A stretch of DNA of 63,252 nt, the filler included, from Octopus bimaculoides (Eukaryota), in NCBI RefSeq assembly GCF_001194135.2. It is 10 parts of 9 records of this genome, joined end to end, with 100 filler letters (N's around TTAATTAATTAA, not from the genome) between each part and the next. Parts side by side here need not be neighbours in the genome. Positions count along the whole stretch, not along the records: positions 1 to 9,501 come from NC_068986.1; positions 9,602 to 13,609 come from NC_068987.1; 8 more parts are not named here. One strand, given 5' to 3'. Every line of letters begins with the position of its first letter. Within the stretch, counting starts at the first letter, position 1. The position numbers and the translations under genes were made by a program. The notes under the pieces are model-generated. The model worked only from the letters and a program-made list of their open reading frames with translations. It was not told the DNA's origin and did not search any database. This document shows positions 1 to 11,589 of this stretch, one piece after another.

Positions 1-14
1 ATATATATATATAT

Positions 15-270
15 AGTCGATTCAAACGTGAACAAGCAAGAAAAAACACGAAAAAACAACAACGTGAGGATGTGGAATAAGTACAATGTTATTGGACACT
101 CAGGAAAGGAAAGAAAAGAAAGAGGATTTAACGTTTCGAGCGGAGCTCTTCATCGGGAAGACAGAGAAAGAAAATCGCCAACGATGCAAACGCTGTCACA
201 TATTGGAATGACTGGAAAGGAAAGGGTGGAGAAAAAGTTCTTTTCAAAGACTTGAGAGTGCAAGAGAAGG
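15..270 (-). mobile_element. Short dispersed repeat with hammerhead-like motif (PLE pLTR-like), copy 1
   Basis: Similar to 4558-4752. Minus strand reads CCGATGA-A-GAGC-TCC-GCTC-GAAA-CGTT at about 127-159. Confidence 0.55.
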
Positions 271-930
271 AGGTATGTGTGCGTGTGTGTAATGATAGCA
301 CGTGTGTGTGTGTGTGTGTGTGTATGTGTAAGTGTGTGTGTGTGTGTAGTTGTGGTTGTGTATGTATGTTTGTGGTTGGAAATGGTATCGTTTAAGGCCA
401 TAGGAAGAATTTATAGTAAGAATTTGGTAGGAGTGGCCGCCTGTTGTGTGTCTACCTACACATGTGCGTAGGAAAATGGTCAGTAGAAAGGTACTGATAG
501 TTTGAAGTATATGTGTGTGCGTATATATGTGTGTGCGTATATATGTGTGTGTTTTGTTTCCAGTGTGCATGTGTGTATGTATGTGTGTGTACGTGCGGGT
601 ATGTGTGTGCACGTGAGGTTATGTCTGTGGAGTAACTACTTTACTCTGTGTGTGTGTGCGCGTGTGCTTGTACGTGCGTGTGTGTGTGTGTACATGTATG
701 TATAATTGTGTGCGTGTATGTATGAGTGTGTGCTGTGTGTGTATGGGAGGTATGTGTGGGTTCATCTGCGTGTGCGTGTATGTGTGCGCGTGGGTATATG
801 TTTGTGCGCGTGTGAGTGTATGTGCATATGTACATGTGTGTGTATGAGCGTGTGTATTTTGTGTATGTGCATGTGTGTGCATGTGTATGTGTGTTTGTGC
901 GTGTGTGTGTAAACGAGGGGTTGTGTAGGG
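271..930. repeat. Degenerate (GT)n/(AT)n microsatellite field
   Basis: Long imperfect TG/TA dinucleotide runs; source of the VCVC/HTHT pseudo-ORFs. Confidence 0.9.
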
Positions 931-1407
931 GGTATAAGTGCATACGCACATATACACACAAACTCTTCCACATACTCATCAGTAAACATTTGTATGCAAT
1001 GACATATTTGAAAACCATCTGCTAAATTTTATTTCTTTCAATATATTTATAATAGATTATTTCTCCATAGAACGGTATTTCGCCGAATTTACCATTTTCA
1101 GAGTTCCAATAAATTATGGACCTTGAGAGACTCACTTAAAATTCTGCCTTAATCTGCCAATTTTGAAATCCCCACTTTCTCGTTTAATATGCAGATTACG
1201 GTCAACTTTACGATCTGCCCTTAAAGTGATTTGTGGGTGGATTTGGCAGACTGGGACTCTGAGGAAATTTGTCAAACAATAACAACCATGCGGTCGCGCG
1301 TGCGCACACATACATGCACACGCACACACACAACATACACATTCACATGCATATATATATATATGTAGGTATATATCTATTAATATGTGTGTGTATATAT
1401 GTATATA

Positions 1408-1490
<83 letters not shown>

Positions 1491-3592
1491 NNNNNNNNNN
1501 NNNNNNNNNNNNNNNNNNNNNNNNNNNNNNNNNNNNNNNNNNNNNNNNNNNNNNNNNNNNNNNNNNNNNNNNNNNNNNNNNNNNNNNNNNNNNNNNNNNN
1601 NNNNNNNNNNNNNNNNNNNNNNNNNNNNNNNNNNNNNNNNNNNNNNNNNNNNNNNNNNNNNNNNNNNNNNNNNNNNNNNNNNNNNNNNNNNNNNNNNNNN
1701 NNNNNNNNNNNNNNNNNNNNNNNNNNNNNNNNNNNNNNNNNNNNNNNNNNNNNNNNNNNNNNNNNNNNNNNNNNNNNNNNNNNNNNNNNNNNNNNNNNNN
1801 NNNNNNNNNNNNNNNNNNNNNNNNNNNTATATATGAATAGTCGTGGATAGAAGAAAATGCGCGTGCACTATTGTGCGAGTGTGTGTTTATGAATATGCAT
1901 ATGTGCTTATGCGTGTGTGTGTGTGTATGTGCGTGTGTGTGTGTGTACGTATGTGTGTGTGTGTGTGTGTGTGTGTGAGCGACTTATTCTCTTCCTTATT
2001 GACTACCGTTGTTAGCATGATCTCTTTACGTGACTGAGCGACTCGTCGAAAAGAGGTACCACACCTACAAACTTTGTTCTGTGTTCAATTGACGTGATTG
2101 GCGAAAGGCTTCGGGTATTGGTGTAGTCCAATGATTGAAACCGGTACGTGCGTACATATATATATACGTCCGATGAACGGGAACGTGAAATTCAGAGTAA
2201 CGGTTTTTTGTTATATTTCTGCTGCTTTTAAATAAAGTATATATAAATATATATATATATATATTCAGAAAAGTAAAACGAAACCAAGCATGAATGTATA
2301 ATCTCCTGACAAGTTGAAATTTGCAGTTAAGAAAGAAATTATAATAAACGGAAAAGAAAACGATGTAGCGCACATAAAGATTTGATCATTGTGTATGATA
2401 ATCTGATCTCAATGTAAGCTTGAAAGGCTCTTAGTGATACGAGAAGACATTAAGTAGAAGTAAATTTGATTTGCATCAACAATATGGTTAAGAGAAAATA
2501 CCTCGGGGTCCGTTGTGCACACCTCAATAAAAAAATCTTGATACGGTACAGTTCTATATATGTAATATAGTGAGTTGAAAAACTTCGACTAACTAAGTTT
2601 AATCATGTAATTAGTACACAAAACCTTACTCTAGCAAAGAAGATTGCTAGAGAGAACCAGGATAAAAACTCAATTAGATTCTATCCGGCAAATCAGTCGA
2701 GGAATAGCCTAATCTTCGAGATCTATGAATAACTGCGGTTACAAATCTAGATTGGATTGTGCACCTGAAAAATATAATTGAGATTGCTGAGAAGATGAAG
2801 TTTCTGAATACATATTTCAAATCTTCAGATAAAATATCATTGTTTTGAAGTTTACCAAGAAAACTCGAATATTTAATCATGGTTTTGTTACTCGATAGGA
2901 GAGGTGACATAATATAACCCGAAAAATTCTATGCATAGATGTATCATGGCAAAAACATGATGATATGGTTGCGTTTAATGTTTTAAGTAAAGTGTAATGC
3001 ATATATACATACACTATATATATTGTTTAATGTTTAACTCGTACAAGTTTTGTTACTTGTCCCTCCCGTGTTCTTTCTGAACTCGTTGCCTAGCTTGACA
3101 AAATGTTCATATACATGCATATACTTATATATGCATGTATGTNNNNNNNNNNTATATATATATATATATATATATATTGTTTAATGTTTAACTCGTACAA
3201 GTTTTGTTACTTGTCCCTCCCGTGTTCTTTCTGAACTCGTTGCCTAGCTTGACAAAATGTTCATATACATGCATATACTTATATATGCATGTATGTATAC
3301 TATATGTCAATAAATATATATATGTGCATGTGTGTTTGCTCGTGTGCGTGTATGCGTTCGCGCGTATGTTTAAAAATCTAATAGAAGACACCGCCCAAGG
3401 TTTCACGCAGTGGGAAGGAATAAAGTAGCATGTGAAACATAGGAAACATCATCTAGCTTGCTAGCCTTTTTTCCCAGTTTTTATTTCTATAAAGAATATG
3501 ATATACAACAAACCACAGACAGGACGTCTTCTCAATCAAACAACATCTGTGTATACAATAGTTTTTTGCGAATTTAATAATTTTATAATTGA

Positions 3593-3805
3593 AGGCAGTG
3601 AGCTGGCTGGATCGTTAGCACGCCAGGCGAAAAGCTTAGCAGCATTTCGTCTGTCTTTGCGTTCTGAGTTCAAATTCCACCGAGGTCAACTTTGCTTTTC
3701 AACTTCCCTTTCGATAAATTAAGTACCAGTTGCGTAGTGGGGTCGATCTAATCGACTGGCTCTCTTCCCCAAAATTTCGGGCCTTGTGCCTAGTGTAGAA
3801 ACAAA
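3593..3805 (+). mobile_element. Octopus-type SINE, family B
   Basis: Matches the multi-copy motif gagctggc..gaatcgttagcac..gttctgagttcaaattcc.ccgaggtc.actttgc.tttcatcctttc..gataaattaagtaccag..ggggtcgat.taatcgact, found more than 10 times in the window. Confidence 0.85.
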
Positions 3806-3984
3806 ATAATATTTTTATAATTGGAGTGCCTGCGATGTCTTCTTGGTATAGTAAATTAACTTTCGCCAACAAACATCTGTACGACAGATTGAACTCCTCA
3901 CACTCACACACTACTGAGAGCAACATAAAAGCGATCATTTGTGAGCACATTAATAGCGTGAGATATCAATACAAAACAGTGATA

Positions 3985-4017
3985 GACAAATAGACAGACA
4001 TAATCAGTAATAGGCAT

Positions 4018-4049
<32 letters not shown>

Positions 4050-4169
4050 TTAGATGGATAGATAGAGACAGGTAGATACACATACAAACAGATAGACAGA
4101 CAGACAGAAACATAGACAGATAGAGGCAGGCAAACAGACAGACAGACTGACAAATAGACTGATAGATAC

Positions 4170-4224
<55 letters not shown>

Positions 4225-4267
4225 CACAGATAGATAGACAGACAGATAGATAGACAGATAGATAGAC

Positions 4268-4330
<63 letters not shown>

Positions 4331-4340
4331 CAGGTAGACA
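3985..4340. repeat. (GATA)n/(GACA)n tetranucleotide microsatellite
   Basis: Direct inspection. Confidence 0.95.
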
Positions 4341-4557
4341 CGGCATTTCTTAATGTGAAGACAATAACTTATGAAAGTTTAAGAGAAAAATCAAATATTT
4401 AGTTTTCGTAACTTTTCTTAAACGACATTTAAAGAACGGAGATTTACCATTTTCTTTCCATTTTGTAAAAAACATAATTTTCTTCTGAAGTGTAGTCTTT
4501 AAATACCATGTTAATATATATGTGTATGTTAGTATACATATATATATACACTCATGC

Positions 4558-4751
4558 GTAGTCAATTCGAATAAACGGATAAAAATGAAAGAAGAAAAAC
4601 AACGAACGTGAGGACGTGCACAAGAAGTATGTTAGCTTGACGCTCGGTGAAAGGGGAGAGTTTAACGTTTCGAGCATTCTTCTTCGTCAGAAAGGAGAAA
4701 GTGAAAAGTCCAAAGAAGGAGAAAACGAAATCGACAACGGACCACGTGTAG

Positions 4752-4752
<1 letters not shown>
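4558..4752 (-). mobile_element. Short dispersed repeat with hammerhead-like motif, copy 2
   Basis: Shares aacgtgagga..tttaacgtttcgagc..ctcttc(a/g)tc(a/g)g with 15-270. Minus strand TTT-CTGACGA-AGAAGAATGCTC-GAAA-CGTT-AAA at about 4661-4693. Confidence 0.55.
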
Positions 4753-4782
<30 letters not shown>

Positions 4783-5453
4783 CATGCATACATACATACA
4801 TACATACATACATACATACACACATACACATATATGGTATAAGTCAGGTGGTGACCGAATAAGACCCCTTCATAAATAAAGTTCGTGAAAACGTTCCGAG
4901 AGTTCAAGAATTTCCTGGACGCGAATTTGTTTTGAATGGATAAAATGCTGCACAGCTTTGATCCTGCTGTCCAGCTCAATCAGCTATATCAGCGGTGACC
5001 AAACAGATATTGAGACGACTAGAAACCAACGGTACTTCAGGTCCTTTACCCCTACTGGTATACGTATTAGGTAACACATACTGGGACCCTAACAAGCGCT
5101 ACTACTACGGGTCAGAGTAGGCCTGGTAATGATAATGGATAAGAAGTGGTTCCACACTTCTCAGAACCGCAGAACTCACGTACCAAGGCCCCACTACTAA
5201 GTATTTGTACGTACCGAAGATATACATACATAATACATACATACATACATACTGACAGGCAGACAAACAAACAGACAGGAGAGCGCAAGAGAAAGGCGCA
5301 AGGTACGAACCAAACAGGAAGTTATGTCACAGAGAGACAGATGTGACAAAAGTTATTATAACGATTTGTTGACATTAATCCTCGGCCCACCAAAATATGC
5401 CACAATATATACTCTAATGAGGCCTGCTTCTATTTTTCATTTGTTTAATTCAG

Positions 5454-5593
5454 GATCAGGATTAAATTGCCTCAATCTTCACACTCTACGAGTTGATTAT
5501 AACAACTTGCTTGAAATTAAAAGTTCTCAGTTGGCTGGCTGTCCAAATTTACGCTCTTTAAATGTTTCCTGCAATAATTTGGAAATTTTGTCG
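5454..5593 (+). CDS. Internal coding exon of a leucine-rich-repeat (LRR) protein
   Basis: Pyrimidine tract and tttaattcAG acceptor (alternative AG 6 nt downstream), GTGAGT donor at 5594. Open frame xSGLNCLNLHTLRVDYNNLLEIKSSQLAGCPNLRSLNVSCNNLEILS has two LxxLxLxxNxL motifs. Starts in phase 1, ends in phase 0. Confidence 0.85.
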
Positions 5594-5689
5594 GTGAGTA
5601 AATTAGAATTTTTTAAAATTTAAAACTGATAGAATCGTTTGAGCATCAATTATAATATGAATACCTTACGGTAATCGTTATATCTCTCT

Positions 5690-5836
5690 TTACATTGAAT
5701 TCAAATACCACCGAGTTCAGCTTTAGTTTTCATCCTTTAGAGCTTCATTAAATAAAGTGAAGTTCAAGTGCCGTGTCGATTTTATTGACTGACACCTCTC
5801 CCCAAATCCTTTGCACTTGTGTCTACGTTAAGAATT
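5690..5836 (+). mobile_element. Degenerate SINE family B copy in the LRR intron
   Basis: gaattcaaataccaccgagttcagctttagttttcatccttt..aaataaag..gtgtcgatttt matches family B. Confidence 0.65.
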
Positions 5837-6625
5837 ATTTTAATTAATTAATAGAAATCGCTTGAGCATCGAATAGAATGCCCTAAAACATTTGATGCTG
5901 TTTTCTCTCCTCTTTGAGTTCCAATCTCAATGAGGTTAGTTTCGCCTTTCATCATTTCGAGATCGATAAGTAAGGTGTCAGTCCAGTAATAGATTCGATT
6001 TTTCTGCCTGTTCTTTGTTGTTGTTTTTTTAATCTGATATATAGCTGTCATGCTGAGTCAAGCTGAGAATTGTGTTAATGATACATAATTTTTGTTACAT
6101 CTCAGAATATTTGTTGTATGTGTGAAATTTTTGTTGCATCTCAGGAGGGTCAATGCCCTAATAATGAACGTTATGCAATGTTTCTTTTTCACTTTTTTTT
6201 ATTTATCAATTTCTTTAGTATTTAACCAATAACCTAATCGGTTACTTCAGTGATCGTTCCATTAATCAATCAATGACAAAAGCCTAAATGACTGAATTAT
6301 GAATTAAACAATCGATTGGTTAATTGGCAAAATAGTTAACTAAGTTACACATGACTAATGAAGATGTGAAATAGATCCAGGGAGTGTGTTTATAATCAGC
6401 AAAATGACCCTCCCAAAATACAACAAAATGTGTTTCAACACACGAGTTCACATCAAGAATATTGCTAATACGAAAAATGTCCATACATATTTCACAAGTA
6501 TAAATTTATGTTTAAACAAACGAATGCTCATCGTGGAGACCGACGGAGAACGAAATCTAGTTCCCTCCATGAAATCCCTGATGCCAGATTGTCGTATGAA
6601 ATAAAAATGTAAACAAAATATTCTA

Positions 6626-6832
6626 TTCTATTCTGGGCACAAGGCCCGAAATATTTGGGGGCCAGGAGATTAGATCGACCCCAGTACGCAACTGGTACTT
6701 AATTTATCGACCCCGAAAGGATGAAAAGCGTAGTCGACCTCTGCAGAATTTGAACTCAGAACGTAAAGAGAGACGAAATACCGTTAAGCATTTCGCCCAG
6801 CGTGCTAACGTTTCTGCCAACTCACCGCCTTA
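6626..6832 (-). mobile_element. SINE family B copy in the LRR intron
   Basis: Reverse complement of the family B consensus, well preserved. Confidence 0.85.
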
Positions 6833-7262
6833 GTGTAAACAAAATATTCAAAAATTACAGATGCTGACAAAATATGCATATCTATAGAAACAGATGTTGA
6901 CCAGGCTGAGAAAAGGTACCTTTGTGTTCACTCAAGTTGCTAGAAATAGCAGTCGAGTCACCCTCAATACAGGCACTCTCATCCGTATAAAACACAAATT
7001 GGTTAATATAGTCAAGGGATGCTATTCCTCAAGAGATGGTCACACTATAAATGTCTGATTATAAATTATATAAATCTGCACCGATCTCAGACTATAGCAC
7101 TACAACACTTTCAGTATACAAAGAAAAAAATATTTATTTTACTTTTGTATTTATTTAAAGAAACTTTTATACAAGATAAATCAGTGATACATATTATATG
7201 CTTTGGTGAATATTTTCTTTGGTGATGATATTTTCTTTGGTGATGATATTTTTTAACTACAG

Positions 7263-7421
7263 TTTTTAAAGGTTTTACCGGATTTAGAAGAACTTGCAGC
7301 TTCCAGCAATCACATTTCAAATCTTTCTGATCTTTCAACTTGTCAATGTTTGCGAGAACTTGATATTAGTGACAATCGTCTGACAGATATATCTGGCATA
7401 GGCGAATTGACAACTTTACAG
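7263..7421 (+). CDS. Next coding exon of the same LRR protein (SDS22-like repeats)
   Basis: ttttttaactacAG acceptor, GTAAAT donor at 7422, 159 nt, phase 0-0. Translation FLKVLPDLEELAASSNHISNLSDLSTCQCLRELDISDNRLTDISGIGELTTLQ continues the LRR register of the previous exon in frame. Not in the supplied ORF track. Confidence 0.88.
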
Positions 7422-7977
7422 GTAAATTCATTTACATTGTTAATCATACTTACTAGAGCAATCTGTGTATCATACTTCATGCAAACACATCACTGAAAGC
7501 CACATTAAATACAGTATTCATCTGGAGATAACATCTCTTATGGACGTACTGTGTTAAAGAACACAAAAATATATCATTGTCCAGTAACTGTTGTGGGATT
7601 ACTGGATTCTCATTTCTACCAATTGGAACTTTGTCAGCAGCATGTGCCTAATGGCATGCTATGTAAATCCCTTTTCTAATGTAATACTGCTTCTTTTACA
7701 TATAACAAATTAATATTTACTATTTTTGCGTATCAGAAAATTTCAAGAATTCATTCTCCTTTTTTCTCCCCACGCAATTCTTTTCTATTTTTTTGTCTTG
7801 CTTTCTGCCCTTCTTACGGCAGAATTAGTGCCGCAACAAAGTGCCTTGGGACATTTAACTTTCGTTTTTTTTTTATGTTTTCATATCGAAACCTCACCTC
7901 GGTTGCTTTTGCTTTTTGATAAAACAATAGCCTCACAGGGACTAAGATAAATACAATCACACACATCCTCACTGACG

Positions 7978-8029
<52 letters not shown>

Positions 8030-8089
8030 ATAAATATATATATAAATTCGTGTGTATGTGTGTGTCTACTTATCTATCTATCAATCTAC

Positions 8090-8255
8090 AGTCCACATTG
8101 TAAAGTGGTTGGCATTTGGAATGTCATCCAGCCGTAAAAACCCTGCCAAAACACAATAGCCGGCGGTGGTCATCTACCTGGTCGGCCCCTGTCAACTATC
8201 CTGCCCCTGCATGTGTGGAAGACGGGCGTTAAACGATGATGATGGTGATGGTGGT
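8090..8255 (+). mobile_element. 3' part of a SINE/LINE with RTE-type tail
   Basis: gttggcatttggaatgtcatccagccgtaaaaaccctgcc...gggcgttaaacgatgatgatg; (GAT)n tail typical of RTE-mobilised elements. Confidence 0.5.
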
Positions 8256-9288
8256 GACGATATATGCTAGGTTACAAGGGGTTAACGATGTAAGTTAAAG
8301 TATTAAGAAAAATGGGTGGCGATTATACTTCCATATATATGTATATGTAAAATTTACAATAGAAATTATTGATTATAATTACAAATTTTAAAAATCTAAT
8401 AGGTGGCTGATAGAATTCACGTCACGTATACCATGATGTTTCGACTGGAAGTTGCTGTTCCTTATATTAAAATAAGTTTTCATTTAATTAGTAACCTGAC
8501 TAATCTTCTCTTCAATTTTATGGAAGTCGTTCTTATGGAAATTTTTATAACTATTGTATCCCAGCCACACTCATAAGTATCTCATTGTTATAATTTTAAG
8601 CCAGGTTTTAAAACGTTCCTCATTGGAATGTTTTACTCCTATGTGTGAAAGTTCTTTGAAAAAACTGTAATGTGAAAAACAGTGTCATACGCATTTATGG
8701 TATTCACAGCTTTTTCGCTTTTCTTGTAATGTAAGTGAAGTATCGATATATTTGACTTCTAAATTGTAAGAAACGATGCGAAGTAGCTATAGTGGCCGTG
8801 ACGCTGAAATATCACCTGTCGAGAAAAGTTTGCTAGCCAAAGAAAAGAATAGTGCTAATCGAAAATTCTTTGGAGAATTCAGCCCCGCTGTGAATACCAA
8901 GAAGCAAGACAACGAATAATTACAAGAAATATTCCATATTCAGCAATCATTGGGAGGGGGGTTCCAGTGACAACAAGCAACGATAACAACGACAAAAGTG
9001 TTGAGAGAAGACAAAAATAAAAATAACAGCAACAACGGTATTATTACCAATGCTTGCTCCAACGTTTCCCACCACTTTGCCACTACCACACAAAAATCAA
9101 TATGCTTTTCACTTCTTCCACTGGCACACTTGGAATGACCTTCACAATCACAAGCAGCAAAACACAGCCGCTATGAAGAAGCTGCATCAACTGATCTACA
9201 AACGTCATCGTCTTTTCAGGATCTGCAAAAAATTAAACAAATATTTCTAAAGGAGCAAACAGGTTAAAAATGCACTAGAACAAAAATA

Positions 9289-9500
<212 letters not shown>

Positions 9501-9545
9501 GNNNNNNNNNNNNNNNNNNNNNNNNNNNNNNNNNNNNNNNNNNNN

Positions 9546-9557
9546 TTAATTAATTAA
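9546..9557. other. Artificial gap spacer TTAATTAATTAA (also at 13654, 16401, 22617, 25854, 27162, 29454, 51018, 57290)
   Basis: Identical 12-mer centred in about 100-nt N runs; encodes stops in all six frames. Confidence 0.95.
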
Positions 9558-9889
9558 NNNNNNNNNNNNNNNNNNNNNNNNNNNNNNNNNNNNNNNNNNN
9601 NATATATATATATATATAGTAATTTGTGTATATATTAGTGTTGTTGAATCAGGTAATACAGGAATGTGCAGCATTGACAACAAAACATTTGTGGAGTAAA
9701 TAATGGGTTAATTCAACTAAGTGACATGTCATGCATCCATTTGGAGTATTTCATGCCCTAACCTGTCATGGAAAATTAGGGGTAGGGGGTATGTGATTTT
9801 TGAATGCACTGCAAAGCTGTTGGTGGATATACTCTCATTTGCGGCAGTCAGTGCTGCATCTAACACAACCCATAGTCTGAAGTTTTGAC

Positions 9890-10390
9890 ACCTCCATTAG
9901 GTTTGTTGTCCTACATCCCCCATAAAGTAACTTTGGAGAAATTGTGGTTGTGCATTCGTGAGTAACAGGGAAGTAATGAAGTGATAAACTTGCCCTTGAA
10001 CTTGGAATGTCAGCATAAATTCATGTTCCACTATCTCCCTAGATACACCAAATGATGTCATTTGAAATGTATTATCTGACATCATTCAGAAAATCCTTTG
10101 ACCTGGTGGAAATGCCTTCCTGAAGATCCATAAGAGTTTGAGGAGCTGCTAGTGCTGGCTATCTTACCTTACCACCTGAGCAGCACATGCTATTAGTTTC
10201 ATTAGGAAATTTAAAATCTTTGCTGAAATGACAGTTTGAGTTCAGCACACCAAATTGGACAAAATTATCATTTTTATAAGAATGAGATGGTTCATATCTG
10301 AAAGTAGTTCCAGGAGTTGTGAAGAACAAGTTTGTACATACTCTGTTTCTGAGAACTGTTCTATTGAACTTCTGTCTAATCATAAAAATG
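9890..10390 (-). mobile_element. Helitron Rep/helicase N-terminal remnant (pseudogenised)
   Basis: Two minus ORFs give YEPSHSY..VQFGVLNSNCHFSKDFKFPNETNSMCCSGGKVR and FQMTSFG..FMLTFQVQGQVYH..SLL..QPQFLQSYFMGD, matching Helitron motifs (CxxCxAxKFxxETxGMCCxxGKV; FQMTSFG; TFKIQGQIYH; FLQIYFMGD). Confidence 0.8.
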
Positions 10391-10541
10391 TTTTAATGAT
10401 TCAGCATTAAGTGCTGCAGCATGCCTTTGCTGATTTTGGGGAAGTCTTATCTCCCTTCTGTATTGAGTCTCCTTCTGATGCACAGATACAGACAGACATT
10501 TTCAGTTTTATATATATTGATACACACATACACACACACAA

Positions 10542-10586
<45 letters not shown>

Positions 10587-11383
10587 TNNNNNNNNNNNNN
10601 NNNNNNNNNNNNNNNNNNNNNNNNNNNNNNNNNNNNNNNNNNNNNNNNNNNNNNNNNNNNNNNNNNNNNNNNNNNNNNNNNNNNNNNNNNNNNNNNNNNN
10701 NNNNNNNNNNNNNNNNNNNNNNNNNNNNNNNNNNNNNNNNNNNNNNNNNNNNNNNNNNNNNNNNNNNNNNNNNNNNNNNNNNNNNNNNNNNNNNNNNNNN
10801 NNNNNNNNNNNNNNNNNNNNNNNNNNNNNNNNNNNNNNNNNNNNNNNNNNNNNNNNNNNNNNNNNNNNNNNNNNNNNNNNNNNNNNNNNNNNNNNNNNNN
10901 NNNNNNNNNNNNNNNNNNNNNNNNNNNNNNNNNNNNNNNNNNNNNNNNNNNNNNNNNNNNNNNNNNNNNNNNNNNNNNNNNNNNNNNNNNNNNNNNNNNN
11001 NNNNNNNNNNNNNNNNNNNNNNNNNNNNNNNNNNNNNNNNNNNNNNNNNNNNNNNNNNNNNNNNNNNNNNNNNNNNNNNNNNNNNNNNNNNNNNNNNNNN
11101 NNNNNNNNNNNNNNNNNNNNNNNNNNNNNNNNNNNNNNNNNNNNNNNNNNNNNNNNNNNNNNNNNNNNNNNNNNNNNNNNNNNNNNNNNNNNNNNNNNNN
11201 NNNNNNNNNNNNNNNNNNNNNNNNNNNNNNNNNNNNNNNNNNNNNNNNNNNNNNNNNNNNNNNNNNNNNNNNNNNNNNNNNNNNNNNNNNNNNNNNNNNN
11301 NNNNNNNNNNNNNNNNNNNNNNNNNNNNNNNNNNNNNNNNNNNNNNNNNNNNNNNNNNNNNNNNNNNNNNNNNNNNNNNNNNN

Positions 11384-11434
<51 letters not shown>

Positions 11435-11589
11435 GTGTGTGTGTGTGTGTGTGTGTATAGAGTGTTAGGTGTGATGTACATCTGTTTCATATAAATGAAC
11501 AAGCTGTTTGTACATTCACAAAATTTTATCTAACAAGTTCGAGAAAAGAATGAAAGCACTAATAATAAGGAAGAAATAAAAAGATGTTT

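Noticed and set aside
2095-2150. attgg/ccaat hairpin followed by GAAACCGGTA (HHR-like 3' half)
   Set aside because: No recognisable CUGANGA or stem I; at most a dead remnant. Similarly unsupported remnants occur near 8430, 15850, 36965, 37915 and 61940.
3017-3296. Identical 125-bp direct repeat (3017-3142 and 3171-3296)
   Set aside because: The copies flank a 10-N gap and are identical, typical of unmerged overlapping contig ends.
9050-9250. Short ORF and a good minus-strand acceptor (ttttttgcag) near 9220
   Set aside because: No homology recognised and no partner exon found.
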